A stretch of DNA of 63,210 bases, counting the filler, from Asterionella formosa (taxonomy: Eukaryota), in the NCBI GenBank assembly GCA_002256025.1. It is 18 parts of 18 records of this genome, joined end to end, with 100 filler letters (N's around TTAATTAATTAA, not from the genome) between each part and the next. Parts side by side here need not be neighbours in the genome. Positions count along the whole stretch, not along the records: positions 46,891 to 48,159 come from NKIB01003295.1; positions 48,260 to 49,528 come from NKIB01003296.1; positions 49,629 to 50,897 come from NKIB01003297.1; positions 50,998 to 52,266 come from NKIB01003298.1; positions 52,367 to 53,635 come from NKIB01003299.1; positions 53,736 to 55,004 come from NKIB01003300.1; positions 55,105 to 56,372 come from NKIB01003302.1; positions 56,473 to 57,740 come from NKIB01003303.1; 10 more parts are not named here. One strand, written 5' to 3'. The position numbers were made by a program, and so were the translations under genes. The notes beneath the pieces were generated by a model. That model saw nothing but the letters and a program-made list of their open reading frames with translations, was not told the origin of the DNA and ran no database searches. The number at the start of each line of letters is the position of its first letter. Position 1 is the first letter of the stretch. Of the stretch, positions 47,346-60,476 are shown in pieces.

Positions 47346-48259
47346 TTGGTCAGTGGCACCATAAAGCAACAATCAACAGATCATGGCAGCTGTTCTCCAT
47401 TTTCTGTAGCAAGTGACATTCAAGAAGGGACTGGTAGGATTCTCTGTGTTTGCCCCCGACCGTTTGGCAGCCATTCTACCATTGCTTCCTCTCAATCAAT
47501 ACTAGCTGTAGTATAGCTATTGAAAACCGTAATTAGATGAAATGTGACTTCCGGTTTCTAATATGTTACATTGTTGCACTACTGAAACTTGAATCCATAA
47601 ATGGGCATTCAACTTGTGCTTGCTTCTTGCATTTTTGCATTATAGACTGGCTGGTGGGCGATAGGCCAAGCAAAGTGTCTCGCTTTTCATGAACATCTAC
47701 AAGGTACTAGTGCTTTTGTCGAGGTTTGTGCCTAAATCCAACTGCTACCATCCATTGAAATATTCCAGATACATCAAAGAATACGCTCCTGTCTTCAAAG
47801 GTAAGGAACTAGTACGATGACAAAGAAAATCTAATGAGACATGAAAATTACGAAACCAGAATCAGCCACTCTGTTACTATAAATAGACGGCACAGTCTCA
47901 TGCTTCTTTGTGCAAATCGCCTGCTATGCTGCGTTTCAATTCTAGATGTATGACGTTCTTGTTAGAGAGACAATGTTGTGGAAAAGTAGATTGTGCTGTT
48001 CTATAATGGATGTTGTTTACTAGCTATGATTGAGGTTGTAACACTGATTGATGCTCTGGTGACAGACTGGCCGGAAATGCTCGTCTTGTGTGATGAGCCA
48101 TTTTGTTTTCATTGGATTTCTTTTCAAGCTCTTAACGGATTGCATAGTACGAACATACTNNNNNNNNNNNNNNNNNNNNNNNNNNNNNNNNNNNNNNNNN
48201 NNNTTAATTAATTAANNNNNNNNNNNNNNNNNNNNNNNNNNNNNNNNNNNNNNNNNNNN

Positions 48260-49137
48260 CTGTCGTATGTGTTTAGTTCCAGCAGCGTTGTTTGTAGAAA
48301 TTTCAATTTGGGTTGCAAAACCCTCTCCACAGAATGTGTCAAGAGTTGTGGATACCGTATGATCATTCGTCTCCAGCCGTCCCATGTTTCTGACCCCAAG
48401 GACCGAAGGAATAAAACAGTTGGCCGGAGGTTCGTCTCGACGTTGAGTGTCAAAATCACAGGCCATATCAAAATCATGCGACGTATCTCGTCTCTGGTAA
48501 TCCCGAGTTCTTCACTAAAGTACGTGATTGGCTCATTTAGTCGTTCCATGTTATAGCTGAAGAGCTTTGGTTGAGCAAGGATCACCTTGGCCACTTGATC
48601 CTTATCCATGCATCCCAAGAGGAGGCGAATGATTCGACGAACATTGGCACGACGCCATGTCGATACCTTCGCTTTCCTTCTAAGTCTCTTCCATTGCTCC
48701 TCCGTCAATCCCAAAGATTCCATCAAGAATGCTTGAATAGACACAAGCTGTGTGGATGTAAGAGCACTTGCCAGTAGGAGTGGATGACGTTCTATCATCT
48801 GCAGCAGCCGATCTTGTCGTATTCTACCGACTTTTTCGAAGAAAAGCGACGGGTCTGGGATCTTAATAATAGCATTTGCAAGTGCATTGCATTGCTGAAG
48901 AGACTGTATCACCGTAGGAGAAGCTGGAACGTTCCATTCTTCCACGAGTATATGAAGCGACCTTTCCGTGGTTTCTGCCGACACTTGAACTGATGACGAG
49001 GCTTCGCCATTCATCAGCTCTCGTTTGGATCTGGATTTTCCTGAGGGGACACTCAGTGATTCAGAGGGACGAATGGATGATGTAACTACGAGAAATACAA
49101 TGGCGGCCCGTTGCCAACGACTTGATTTTTTGTCCAT
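48260..49137 (-). CDS. mTERF-domain protein with N-terminal signal peptide, 3'-truncated by linker
   Basis: Repeats VILAQPKLFSYNMERL..., MILIWPVILTLNVETNLRPTVLFLRSLG, MIIRYPQLLTHSVERVLQPKLKFL; hydrophobic N-terminus AAIVFLVVTSS. Confidence 0.88.
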
Positions 49138-49893
49138 TTTTCTGCCTCGGGCTTGGCATTTATGTGAGCTACTTATGATAAGCGCGTACTGGACCCTGGT
49201 AATGGTGCCGTACAACTACCAGTGGTCTAAGTTTGAAATCAAATACCCTGTATACCGGTATTGATGTGGTATTCCTGTGTCGCTGTTGTTTCCTTGGCTG
49301 CTGTGTACCCTGGTACCCTGGTACCGGTACCTATCTTACCGGGACATAAGCATCATGATGGGAAAAAGCAGAGCACAAAAAGAATGCTGGTATGTACGGT
49401 GCATACAGTTTACAAAACTGAATCGTTGGCTGTGCTTGGCACTGCACACCCATTTGAAGACAACACCATGAATATGGATTACCATACTGTACTTACTACG
49501 TATGTACTAGTACCTACCTGGTTGATGCNNNNNNNNNNNNNNNNNNNNNNNNNNNNNNNNNNNNNNNNNNNNTTAATTAATTAANNNNNNNNNNNNNNNN
49601 NNNNNNNNNNNNNNNNNNNNNNNNNNNNACGCATGGACAACATTCAAGGGAGGGTGCATTGTTCATGACACGACAATCAACCCCTCGGGTGAGGGGGGTC
49701 CAAATCCACGGACCCTATCGTATTTTCCATCATGTAGTAGCATCGTTCGTTCGTTCGTTCGTCCGTTCGTTCGTAAATTTTACAAAGAGGATTGCAATAA
49801 CAAAACATAAAGGAATAAAGACCCAAAGTTCACCTGTGTTTATAAAGCTGACTAACACGTTATCTCGAACACACAGGTGAGTACTAGCCCAAT

Positions 49894-50897
49894 ATGGTTC
49901 TATCTTTTCGCAACCATGCAGACCACGCCAATGTAGCCGTGGAAGGTAATGCCGAAAGCATATCTCCCGAGCTCAACCAGATGGTCCTCGATCTTCTCCT
50001 AGTCGATCTTAGACATGCAGATGACCCCGATGAAGACGGGCATACTGATGCTGTTGCAATGAGAAAAATCCTCACCACCATGAAAGTGACTGGGATGGAC
50101 AACCTGCGCAACGTCCTTAACGTTCACCAAATCCAAAGCCCAGCATTTATCAATTCAGTCCAACCTGCTCTCGATTGGCTTACTGTCCTAGCTAAGTGGC
50201 AGCTCTTGGACATCGAGGAGACCCCGGAGGACTTTGATGAGATGAAACATGAGGTGGCAGCTCGCTATACCCATGTAGCTCACAACTGGCCTACCCCAGC
50301 GGCTCTCACGCACTGGGGGCCCGGGAACAAATCTGTCCAACGTATCTTCACTACACCTGTCCAGCAGCTCAGACAATTTTCCGGCGACCATGGAGATTGG
50401 CTGGAATGGAGCCAGCAGAGTATCGGGCATTTTGCAACCTCGAACCTCATCAAGGTAATCAAATCCCGGAACTATGCCCTCAAGAACCCCGACGAAAACG
50501 GCCTTGTCTGGGGCATGCTGGTTGCCTCCATCTCGACTACAGCGGTTGCTAGATTGGCACTCACTACCAAGGAGGAGCATGATGGACATGAAGCTTGGCA
50601 CAAACTCCGTGGCTATTACGAAGGGGAAGAACTGGTCATTCACTGGATTAAAAAGTACAACAAGGTGCTGGACAATCTCCGCCTTACTGAAGGAGGATCT
50701 CTACGCGAGTTTCATAATTCGTTCACCGATTGTATGTGTAAACTTACACAGTACATGAAAATTGTTACGGAAAAGAAACTCAAAGCAGACGAAATCCCTG
50801 ACAGTTACAATTGGTGGAAGTTGTACACTGCCAAGTTGACTGACCCCAAGTATAACACGAAGGACGTCAAGGAGAGTCTCGAGAGGTACAAGGAGGA
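49894..50897 (+). mobile_element. LTR-retrotransposon gag-like ORF (Copia type), truncated
   Basis: FSGDHGDWLEW and DGHEAWHKLRGYYEG gag-type motifs; upstream (ttcg)n tract at ~49744-49774. Confidence 0.7.
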
Positions 50898-52051
50898 NNN
50901 NNNNNNNNNNNNNNNNNNNNNNNNNNNNNNNNNNNNNNNNNTTAATTAATTAANNNNNNNNNNNNNNNNNNNNNNNNNNNNNNNNNNNNNNNNNNNNAGG
51001 TGTGGAAAATGGCAATTCGCAGATGGATTGTTTGGAGATCAATTTTTAGAAATGTTATTGCATGCAAATAGCCTAGCAAATCATGGCCTTCAGATCCATC
51101 AGATTGTCAAAATGCCCCAAAACATATATTAGTATCTAATTATTAATTCCTATAGTTTGTTATCATTTTACCTACTATTTATTAGTTTGCCAACGCAAAA
51201 AGAGCACCATCATTGCTAATCAGCTGGTTGATTTGACATTGCTATACTGTTCTTAAGGAGTGCATATCTTCATGGCCGATTTTCAAAAAATAAGCAAAGA
51301 GAAACATGAAGTATTTGTTCAGAAGCTCTCCTAAAACTTCGGTGAAACTCGAAAAAGAAGTTTCATCTATAGGAAAACAAGCAAAAACAACCCGGATAAT
51401 GCAAACATTTGACTACAGTGAATGTTGCATGTCGTGGGAACAAGTAGTTTGTCTCTGTGAATTCCCATGATTCCTCAAGTGGCTGTTTGTTTGAATATTT
51501 AAGTTGAGTAGTAATTGGCACCAGATTAATATAGTTCCATTTCAAACTATCAAAAATGATATTTAAATGTTTATATTAAATCTTCGTTAGTTTATGTAAA
51601 TGTAATATTACTCAACACCAAAACAAATGTATTAATTAGGAGTATACCAGTATGAATAATAATGAATCATGTTCAAAAACATGAAATGAAATGATATTCC
51701 TATACTCAGAAAGGTTTCTTGTGTATGATTTTTGATATTGCATAGAGACACCCACCAGAAAGTGCTTATTATTGTTGATTTGAGTGAGAACTAAGTTCGC
51801 TGCCTCAAAATAATGTTACTGATTTCTTGGAGCAGCAGAGTTGCAAGGAATTTTCAGCCTGAAGAACAAGACATTTCTTTAGTTGTGGCATCTGAATCCT
51901 ATTTCTACACCACAACAGCTCTTTTTGGAAAGGAGTACATGGTGAGAAATGGGCAGATGGGGAATGTCAAGACTAGCTACTATACTGAGTAGTACATTTA
52001 AAAGTGTTTCAAAAGTCATTGTGTAATCCCTTGAGATGCAACTGTTTGGCT

Positions 52052-52218
52052 ATAAATGGACACAAATAGTACCAGTTTGATTTGTCTGTACAGCACAAGA
52101 ATGGGACCTGTTTCTTTGTCAGTCTCACCCCTACAACCCTAGGGACTAAGTACATAAAAGAAAGACAGGTGAAGAATGCAGGAATCAAGCCTGCCACCTC
52201 ATGAGGTGTGCTGACCAT
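52052..52218 (-). mobile_element. Second, 5'-truncated copy of the tRNA-derived SINE
   Basis: Reverse complement atggtcagcacacctcatgaggtggcaggcttgattcctgcattcttcacctgtc...ctgtacagacaaatcaaactggtactatttgtgtccatttat aligns with ~19525-19690. Confidence 0.8.
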
Positions 52219-52366
52219 GCACCTACTGCTTGGATATATTCAGGAGTATATAACAAGCTTTATACTNNNNNNNNNNNNNNNNNNNNNNNNNNNNNNNNNN
52301 NNNNNNNNNNTTAATTAATTAANNNNNNNNNNNNNNNNNNNNNNNNNNNNNNNNNNNNNNNNNNNN

Positions 52367-53635
52367 GTTGGCCTGTTTGTGGAGTGCTGCACTGTTGGTG
52401 ATAAATGTAGTTGATGTAACTGTTGCATCATAGTGAACATTTGAGAAATGGTCTGTTGAAGTTCCTTTGTATCAGTTTGGAGGTGCTGCACTTGTGTAAA
52501 TAAATTTAACTGAGCATGGTGGTATTCATCTAAATTTCCTTGCATTTTCGCCAACTCTGTTTGTATATGACTTAGACCATTTGTCATAGGTGTTAATAAC
52601 TGTTGATCTTCCATGCTCTGCTCCAACACGGGTGTCGTTACAATCTGGTGAGATGCGGGTGGCAGTGATGTATTTTTGAGCCAGGCATTGTTGACCCTTG
52701 TGTTCAGCTGTGCATGTAGAGTCGTAGATCGAGACTGGTTTTTCTTGATCTGTCGTCTTCTGCTCCATCGTGTACCTGCACTTTCGTCACTGCTTCCATT
52801 CAAGCTGCTTTCATGTTCTTGGTATGACATATGCTGTCCACCCTGCAGCTTAACCTTTTTTTGGTTGTGGGCGCGATTTGGGTTGTTGTTTGTGAGCGAT
52901 TTGGATTTGGGTGGTGTGCGGGGAATGCACTTGATCATATGTGTCAACTGAATCATTTTCATGCTGTTGCATTGTATTATTGGGGCGTTGTGGAGGCAGA
53001 AGATCATCCTCCAGATCAGCGAAGATAGCATCCAATGTGCTCTGTACTTGCTGTTCAATCTCGGCTTTGGCATTCCGATAATGCATGTTGCTCGTGCTCA
53101 CCTGTGTTGGAGTAGAAAACAAATCAGATGGTAGAAGTCCTGGTAATAAGCCCTGCATGTATTCAGTCAAATTGTAATGAAAGGATTTATATAGCTCGTC
53201 ATTTTTCCTTGGTCCGGATAAAAGCAATGTATCAGGTTTCAGTCTTGTTCATTAAGTTTTGAAAGATTTCCCACACAGTTAAGTCATACTCTTTAGAATC
53301 CTCCATGTCCTTGTAGTGAATGATGATGTCTGGTGGACGTAAATTACGGATGCTGAAAGTCATTGTATTCTTTTCGAAGTGTTGCTGTTTGCGGATGAAA
53401 GTGTTGGTTGTGGCAATGATACTTTTGATTACCGGCATGGGAATGAATTTCATTTGCGGGCATGTATAATCTTGGTTAGCTGAATCTTTTCCATAAATGA
53501 CCTGTAGAGCTTTGCAAATGTCTTCATAATCATCCTTTTGGCATCTAATCAAATTGACTGAAACTGATTCTTGCTCAGTTGCTCCATGAATCTTTGACCA
53601 GCTGACTTTTAATTTAATGATTCTGCCTTGGATGT
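52367..53635 (-). pseudogene. Interrupted ORF remnant, possibly non-LTR retrotransposon ORF1
   Basis: Three consecutive minus-strand ORF pieces separated by a stop/frameshifts and ending in a Q-rich coiled coil; family assignment is weak. Confidence 0.3.
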
Positions 53636-53735
53636 NNNNNNNNNNNNNNNNNNNNNNNNNNNNNNNNNNNNNNNNNNNNTTAATTAATTAANNNNNNNNN
53701 NNNNNNNNNNNNNNNNNNNNNNNNNNNNNNNNNNN

Positions 53736-55004
53736 GCACTCAGGATGACTCAGACCCAAATGTTAGAACTACAAGGTCTGGAAGAGTCTCAAGACCACCA
53801 TCAAAACTAACTATGGTCCAAAATCATTTGCATACCCAAGCACACTGTCGAGAAGAATACACGATTGATAATGCGAAAGTGATCGCAAAGACAATGTGTT
53901 ATATGAATGAGATGTGTATCGATAAAGAAGCATTTCACTTTGTTCAGTCATACAGCTTAAGGAAAGGCCTCAAGAAATTTGGCCAGAAAGGAAGAGACGC
54001 TGCCTATAAAGAAATGAAACAACTACATGATAGAGTTGTGTTTGAACCGATTAGGATTGAAGACCTAACTGATATCGAAAAGCGACGTGCAATGGAAAGT
54101 CTAATTTTTTTGGTTGAAAAGAGAGACAAGAGCATTAAAGGCAGAGCATGTGCCAATGGCAGTTCGCAACGTGAATACATGGAAAGAGATGAAGCAGCTA
54201 GTCCAACTACCATGACTGAATCTGTTATGATAACAGCAACAATTGATGCGAAGCAAAATCGCGATGTTATGACTGCAGATATACCCAATGCATTTGTGCA
54301 AGTGGATATCGATGAGAAAGAAAAAGGGGAGCGAATCATTATGAAAATTAGAGGTTTGCTTGTCAATATGTTGACAGAACTCAGCCCCGAGACTTATGAA
54401 AATTATGTTGTTTATGAAGGGAACAACAAGGTCCTATATGTTAGGATGATCAAGGCATTATATGGCATGTTACAGTCATCATTATTATATTACAAGAAAT
54501 TTCGGAAGGATATTGAGTCAATTGGATTCAAGGTAAACCCATATGATCCATGTGTTGCAAATCGCATTGTTAATGGCAAACAGCACACAGTTACTTGGCA
54601 CGTAGACGATTTGAAATCAAGTCACGTGGACAGCAAAGTGAATGATCAATTTTTGGAATGGCTCAAAAAGAAATACGCTTCTGACGAAATTGGTGAAGTC
54701 AAGGTCATGCGTGGAAAGAAGCATGATTATTTGGCTATGACGCTAGATTACTCTATTCCAGGAGTGTTGAGGGTGGACATGACCAAATATGTGAAATCAA
54801 TGATTAATGATTTTCCGGATAAACTTGAAGGTGTCGGAAAATTTCCATGGACAGATAAATTGTTCACAGTTGATATTAAATCAAAGAAGCTTGAATATGA
54901 AAAAGCAAAAATATTTCATACTTTTGTTATGAAAGGAATGTTCCTATGTAAGCGAGGAAGACAGGACATTCAACCAGGAATTGCATTTCTGGCAACCCGA
55001 ACTA
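53736..55004 (+). mobile_element. Ty1/Copia (CoDi-type) reverse transcriptase fragment
   Basis: YSLRKGLKKFG, TADIPNAFVQ, KALYGMLQS, NPYDPCV, WHVDDL, R.DIQ. Confidence 0.93.
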
Positions 55005-55259
55005 NNNNNNNNNNNNNNNNNNNNNNNNNNNNNNNNNNNNNNNNNNNNTTAATTAATTAANNNNNNNNNNNNNNNNNNNNNNNNNNNNNNNNNNNNNNNN
55101 NNNNATTAACATTCCGCCGTATACTAACCGGTACATATACCGGTATGAATTGCAAATTAGAACATTATTTATTTAGTCATTCTCGGAGTGAGTACGTAGT
55201 TGCCTGTTGTTTCTTAGAGGTACCAGGTACCAGGTACGACCTGGTACAGTACCAGTACC

Positions 55260-55520
55260 TGTTAAAGTTGTACAGAACAGCTGTACTATCGGTATACTGG
55301 TATGTATTCACGACTTGCTGCCGCCTGATGCTGGGCGGACGACTGTGTGTGTTGAGAGGGAGAAACGCTTGCAACGGATGCCAGCGGCAGCTACATTAAC
55401 AAGGAACTGAGATTCTAAAGTAGTATTTAACTAGCTGTAGAGGGACCAGTACTCACGGGAATTAAGCACTTACAGGAATCTTGGTAGGATATACGGAGTA
55501 ACCGGTATATGGTACCAACA
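55260..55520 (-). repeat. Putative 3' LTR of the adjacent Copia element
   Basis: On the minus strand the stop overlaps the PPT (tgagggggg) directly followed by TGTTGG at 55520. Distal end uncertain: ...TTAACA at 55260 or ...TCAACA at 55350. Confidence 0.6.
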
Positions 55521-55526
55521 CCCCCC

Positions 55527-56372
55527 TCAAGTGAGAAAATTCCCATGAGACGGGACAATAATATTGCGGAGGCGGAGAAAATGGGCATCATCTTTATGTT
55601 CTTTGGTGAACAGATCAGCAACATTGGTATCCCCTGGGAGGTGGGTGACAAAGATTTCGGAAAAACGGTGAGCGTCGCGCACAGCCATGTTGCGGATATT
55701 AATATGCCGCATCTTTTTGTTAGCACAGTTGTGGGACCAGTCCACAGCACCTCGGTTGTCATTCCAAAGAGGGGTGGGGAGAGTTACATCAGGCATGTGG
55801 AGGTCACTAAGGATATGGCGGATGAATTGGGTAACCTTGGTGCCCTCATCTGCAGATTTGATTTCAGATTCGCAGGTACTGCGGCTCACACGAGGTTCAC
55901 GAATGACATGCCAGGCAATGGGGCCACCTGTACGTGTACTGATGGAACCAAGAAGGGAGCAACACTCGGCAAGAGAGATGATGTCGGTGGGGTTGGGTTT
56001 GGAAGCATCTTGGGGGCCCCAGTTGGCATCGGTGTAAGTGGTGAGAGTGGGAGTGTCCTTGGGCCAGCCAAAGGTGGTGGAGAGGTATGAGGAAGCAAAT
56101 TGCGAGGTAAAGGCAATGCCATGATCGGCAGAGCCAGCCAGGTATCGTAACACATACTTGGCACCTAAAAGGTGAGCAGGGGTGGCATAGGAGTTGTGCT
56201 GAGCCAGGAGAGTGAGGGCCACAGAGACATCAGGACGTGTGCTGACAGCCAGCCAATTGAGAGCCCCAATGAGTGACTGGTATTGTGTAATAATGGCCGC
56301 GCGAGCTTTGGGGGAAAGTTCAGCACCATCAGGCACAATGCGGTCATAGACCAGGCCAGAGCGATAAGGGGT
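55527..56372 (-). mobile_element. Ty1/Copia RT C-terminus and RNase H
   Basis: YQSLIGALNWLAVSTRPDV, YTDANWG, SRSTCESEI, DNRGA, RHINIR, NVADLFTK. Confidence 0.93.
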
Positions 56373-56472
56373 NNNNNNNNNNNNNNNNNNNNNNNNNNNN
56401 NNNNNNNNNNNNNNNNTTAATTAATTAANNNNNNNNNNNNNNNNNNNNNNNNNNNNNNNNNNNNNNNNNNNN

Positions 56473-56707
56473 GGATCCCTCGGTCGATGCATGACACTCT
56501 AGCATGAGTTCCTCGCTTGATAAGTGGCTGATGGTACTTCTTTCTTATTATTGGATTTTGAGATGAACCTGAGAAACCAACAGCAGAGGATGCAAAGGCA
56601 CTAAGGAAAGGATCAGTATAGTATCCTGCATCGACAGTGGCTTGCTTGGCCGAAATTGCATCGTCCGCAGTCAAAATAATTGCACGATCTGTACCATCAA
56701 TTTCCAT
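56473..56707 (-). CDS. LCMT1: Leucine carboxyl methyltransferase (LCMT1/PPM1) N-terminus, truncated
   Basis: AIILTADDAISAKQATVDAGYYTDPFL...PLIKRGTHARV (cf. TxxDAxxxKxxAVxxGYxxDP and PxINRGxxAR). Confidence 0.85.
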
Positions 56708-57526
56708 GGCTCTATCTTGATGCGTTAGGCAAATGGAAGTGTATATTGATGAGTCCTGAAGCTCCTAGCTCGGCCCATGCATAGAGACGATGCAATAATA
56801 ATAACAAAAACAATAACTGACCGTGGTGCTGTAGGCAATACACGTCCGAGGTGGTCTCAGTCTCATCCCTGCGAGTATACCGGGTACATGTGTTTGAGGC
56901 TGGGTGGCGCGAGTAGGTTGACCGTACGAGAAGCGCGCAGATGGAAGCGTGATAGTGATGAGATTTCAAAATTGTTTGCTGCTTAGTACCAGTATAAACG
57001 TTCCGGTTCACTACAGCATTTGCATGTGTTTAAATTATATAAATATAGCTTGCTCTGGATTTTGGCAAATGAAGTGGAATTTCCTTATCATGATTATACT
57101 TTTGATGCTAGTCTGACCCATGTTTTTGGGAAAGCATGGCAAATTTGTCACTATGATCCTCTAAATAGTACAAGGTGAGTGCACAATTCCCTATATGTTG
57201 CACAGTAGTGCTCCTATTCACGTCTAGCCTATGTGACAAGAATTTAATGGTTCCCTGCAATAAAATGAGCTGTTTGTCTATTTCCATCAGGTCCTCTGTT
57301 GAGGCTCTGCAAACCATGATCAAGAACCATTTGACACGCTTGGATGCTTGTATTCATAGCTACATTATCATCACAGTATCCGGTAGTAGGTAGCTCTAGT
57401 TAGTACCAGGTACACAAAAGAACACGATTGGTAGAGTACCGGTAGTTCGGAAACATCGTCGAACTTCTTCGAAAACGAGAAAAGAAAGAAATGAGTATCG
57501 GTAATCATAGCAGAGGGACGTACACA

Positions 57527-57568
57527 TACCCCGGTACTGGTACCTGGTACCAGGGTACCGGTACTGTA
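57527..57568. repeat. TA-(C..G)-TA array
   Basis: TA-CCCCGG-TA-CTGG-TA-CCTGG-TA-CCAGGG-TA-CCGG-TA-CTG-TA. Confidence 0.85.
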
Positions 57569-57840
57569 GTTGCAACCGTTAAAATAATTTTTGTATGTGG
57601 GATTGTCTTTCTTAGGCCGTTGCTAACGGTGGACCAAAACCAAAACCAAACAGTGTTTAGGTTTCGGTAACCCTAAAAAACGATGCTAACGGGAGTGAAA
57701 AACCCAACGCAAACGCATTACGTTTAGGGGATTCCGTGCCNNNNNNNNNNNNNNNNNNNNNNNNNNNNNNNNNNNNNNNNNNNNTTAATTAATTAANNNN
57801 NNNNNNNNNNNNNNNNNNNNNNNNNNNNNNNNNNNNNNNN

Positions 57841-59108
57841 CCACTGCCATGACCCAGTACTGATTGCCAACAGCGGATTTCGCGTAGGGTCCGCTGATGT
57901 CCACAAACAGTCTCTCTCCAGGTACCGTCGATTTTTCTTGCGTTGTTTTTGGGACGGCTCGTGCTTTCGCTTTCGCTGCCGCACAGCCTGCGCACACTGT
58001 CATGATGCCGCTCAACTTCCATCCAAATAATTTCGCCGTATCGTGCAAACATTTCTCGCCCACATGACCAAGCATCGCATGCGCTTCATTGATATCGACA
58101 ATCACATAATTATTTTTAAACTCACCATTTTGATTATTCCATTTGTTCTTTCCTTTGTTCGTTTTCTTTGCTTCAACTTTCGTCCAATCGTTTTCGTTGT
58201 AGTCGTCGATCGATTGTTGTGTCGCGTTCTCTTGTAGTTGATCGACTTCCATCACCGTTTGCTTGATGATCGGATTACCTTCGACATGATACATTGCTCC
58301 GAGCTTTCGAGTTTTGTCTCTTTTGCAGGTCAGAAAGCCGCTCTTGTTTCGTATCGTCATCCTATCGTCCTCGAAGATCACTTGATTACCCTTGTCGATC
58401 ATTCTAGAGACACTGATGATGTTCTGCTTGAACTCCGGTGCATAAAGCACATCGGTGAGTTTCAAGCATTTTCCTTCGTCCGTAGTCGTCAGGGTCACGG
58501 TACCAGAGACAGTTGATACTATCTCAGTTCCATTCCCTACCACGACCGTTTCACTCACTTGTTTCTTGTCTTCCATCATGCGCACGTCCGTGCAGATGTG
58601 AACAGTAGCACCGCTGTCTAACAACCAGCGATTTCTGACGTCACGAGCGAGGTTGACTTCCTCGTTGTAACTAATTTCGACGCACGTGTCGACGAACATT
58701 CCTTGCTGCTGGGTAGATGTAGTCGTGTTGTTCTCTTCGTTTCTATTATTCTTAGATGCACTGTTACTAGTGCACTCACTTGCGTAGTGTCCCATGCGCT
58801 GGCACTTGAAACACTTGATCGTTTTCCTCTTTTCTTTCTGCTCAGGAGTGAGCTCCTTCTTGTCGGCACTATTGCCCTTGCTTTGACATTCAGCCGCCCT
58901 GTGGCCATACTTGCCACACTTACGACAGTCACCTTTGAACTTCCCTTTCATGTAGAAGGCCTGTTCACTCTTGTTCTTGTTAGTCGTTTTGACGTCATCC
59001 CGGACATATAGATCGTAGTAGTCCCGGATGTCTGTCTTAATCTCTTCGACCGTTAGCGTGTTGCGCGCCAGGCCGAACCTTCCTACTACCAAACTCTTGT
59101 AGCTTTCA
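57841..59108 (-). mobile_element. Ty1/Copia gag-pol fragment: two CCHC knuckles, protease, integrase HHCC region and start of the core
   Basis: CRKCGKYGHRAAEC, CFKCQRMGHYASEC, WLLDSGATVH, HAMLGH...CAGC, RLFVDISGP. Confidence 0.93.
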
Positions 59109-59208
59109 NNNNNNNNNNNNNNNNNNNNNNNNNNNNNNNNNNNNNNNNNNNNTTAATTAATTAANNNNNNNNNNNNNNNNNNNNNNNNNNNNNNNNNNNN
59201 NNNNNNNN

Positions 59209-60476
59209 TTTATTGGTGACACATTTCGCAAACGTCCTGGACCAGCATCGTGGAGCTTGTACTATCCCGTACATAGCCTTCACAAGCTTGCAAACATGTG
59301 TATCGGAATCGCCTCCGATCAAACCTTGAGGGGGCTCAATATAAATGTCCTCATCGACGTCAGCATTTAGAAATGCTGCTTCCACATCAATAGCCTCCGC
59401 TCGCCAACCGTTGTACATCGTCACTGCGAGTACCGTTTTGATTGTCGCATCGCTTGCAACTGGAGCAAATGTCTCAGTAAAATCGACACCTGGGATTTGC
59501 TCATATCCCTTCACGACCAATCTTGCCTTGTAAATGGTCTTCCCGGTTAACACATCTTCTTTAATTCGAAACACCCATCTCGTTTTTAGTGTTCGCTTCT
59601 TAACAGTATCACGTTTGACAACTTTCCACACTCCTCTCGACTGGAAGTTTTCATATTCTTTGTTGATCGCCTTGATCCACTCTTTCTTGTCTGGTCTTGC
59701 CATTGCTTCATCGTAGCTTGTTGGTAATCCTGGATCAGAAGCCAGACTTGCGTTGTACACAAAATTCACCTGTGTATTCTTCGTAATTTCCTTCATGTTA
59801 TCCTCCTCGATAACACCAGGCATCTCAGTATCTCCTGAAAATTTCACAATTTTCGTACTCGTAGGATTGAACGATGAGTCCAATCTTCGCATTTCACGTG
59901 CCAACTTCGCTTGCTTAGACTGAGCACTTTCCGCACGTTTAGCCTTCACAATTGGGGTATTGGTACCTGTAACCTCGTATTTCGTAGTACCATCTATCTT
60001 AGTTGATTGTTCAGTTTTCCTCCCCAATTCTTGCTTGTCATCATCTTCATTATCGGACACTTCTCGAGGTTCGAACTCGTCGTAAAAATCGTCATGTAAC
60101 TCTTCATTATCTTCTCGTACTGATATCTCCGTATCCTGTTGGTTGGTGACTGGTTTGAACATTTTCTCTAGTTGCTTGGAGTTCTCACCTGCGTCATCAC
60201 ATCGGACAAATTTAGTCTTATGTCCTGCACCTGCAAGTTTTGTGAGTAACGCTCCAATGACAGTTCCGATGTCACTTTTCTTCTTAATAAAATAACTCCA
60301 GCGTTTCCTTGTATAATCGTCCACGGCCATCACCCAATACTGATTTCCCACAGCGGATTTTGCGTAGGGTCCGCTAATATCAATAAACAGTCTTTCTCCT
60401 GGTGTCGTAGCCTTCTCTTGCGTCATCTTGGGTACTGCGCGTGCTTTCGCCTTGGCTGCTGCGCATCCTGCGCACA
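59209..60476 (-). mobile_element. Ty1/Copia pol fragment (same family): internally deleted integrase and RT start
   Basis: RLFIDISGP...VRCDDAGE, then linker; P.SYDEAM, W..AINKE, RWVF, YKARLVVKGYEQIPGVDF, DVEAAFLNA, KAMYG. Confidence 0.92.

Noticed and set aside
57643..57740. Harbinger left end (TTA|GGCCGTTGCTAACGG)
   Set aside because: The contig ends before any matching right TIR.
53736..60476. One continuous full-length retrotransposon or a novel RT system
   Set aside because: Pieces lie on separate contigs, in different orientations and from different Copia lineages.
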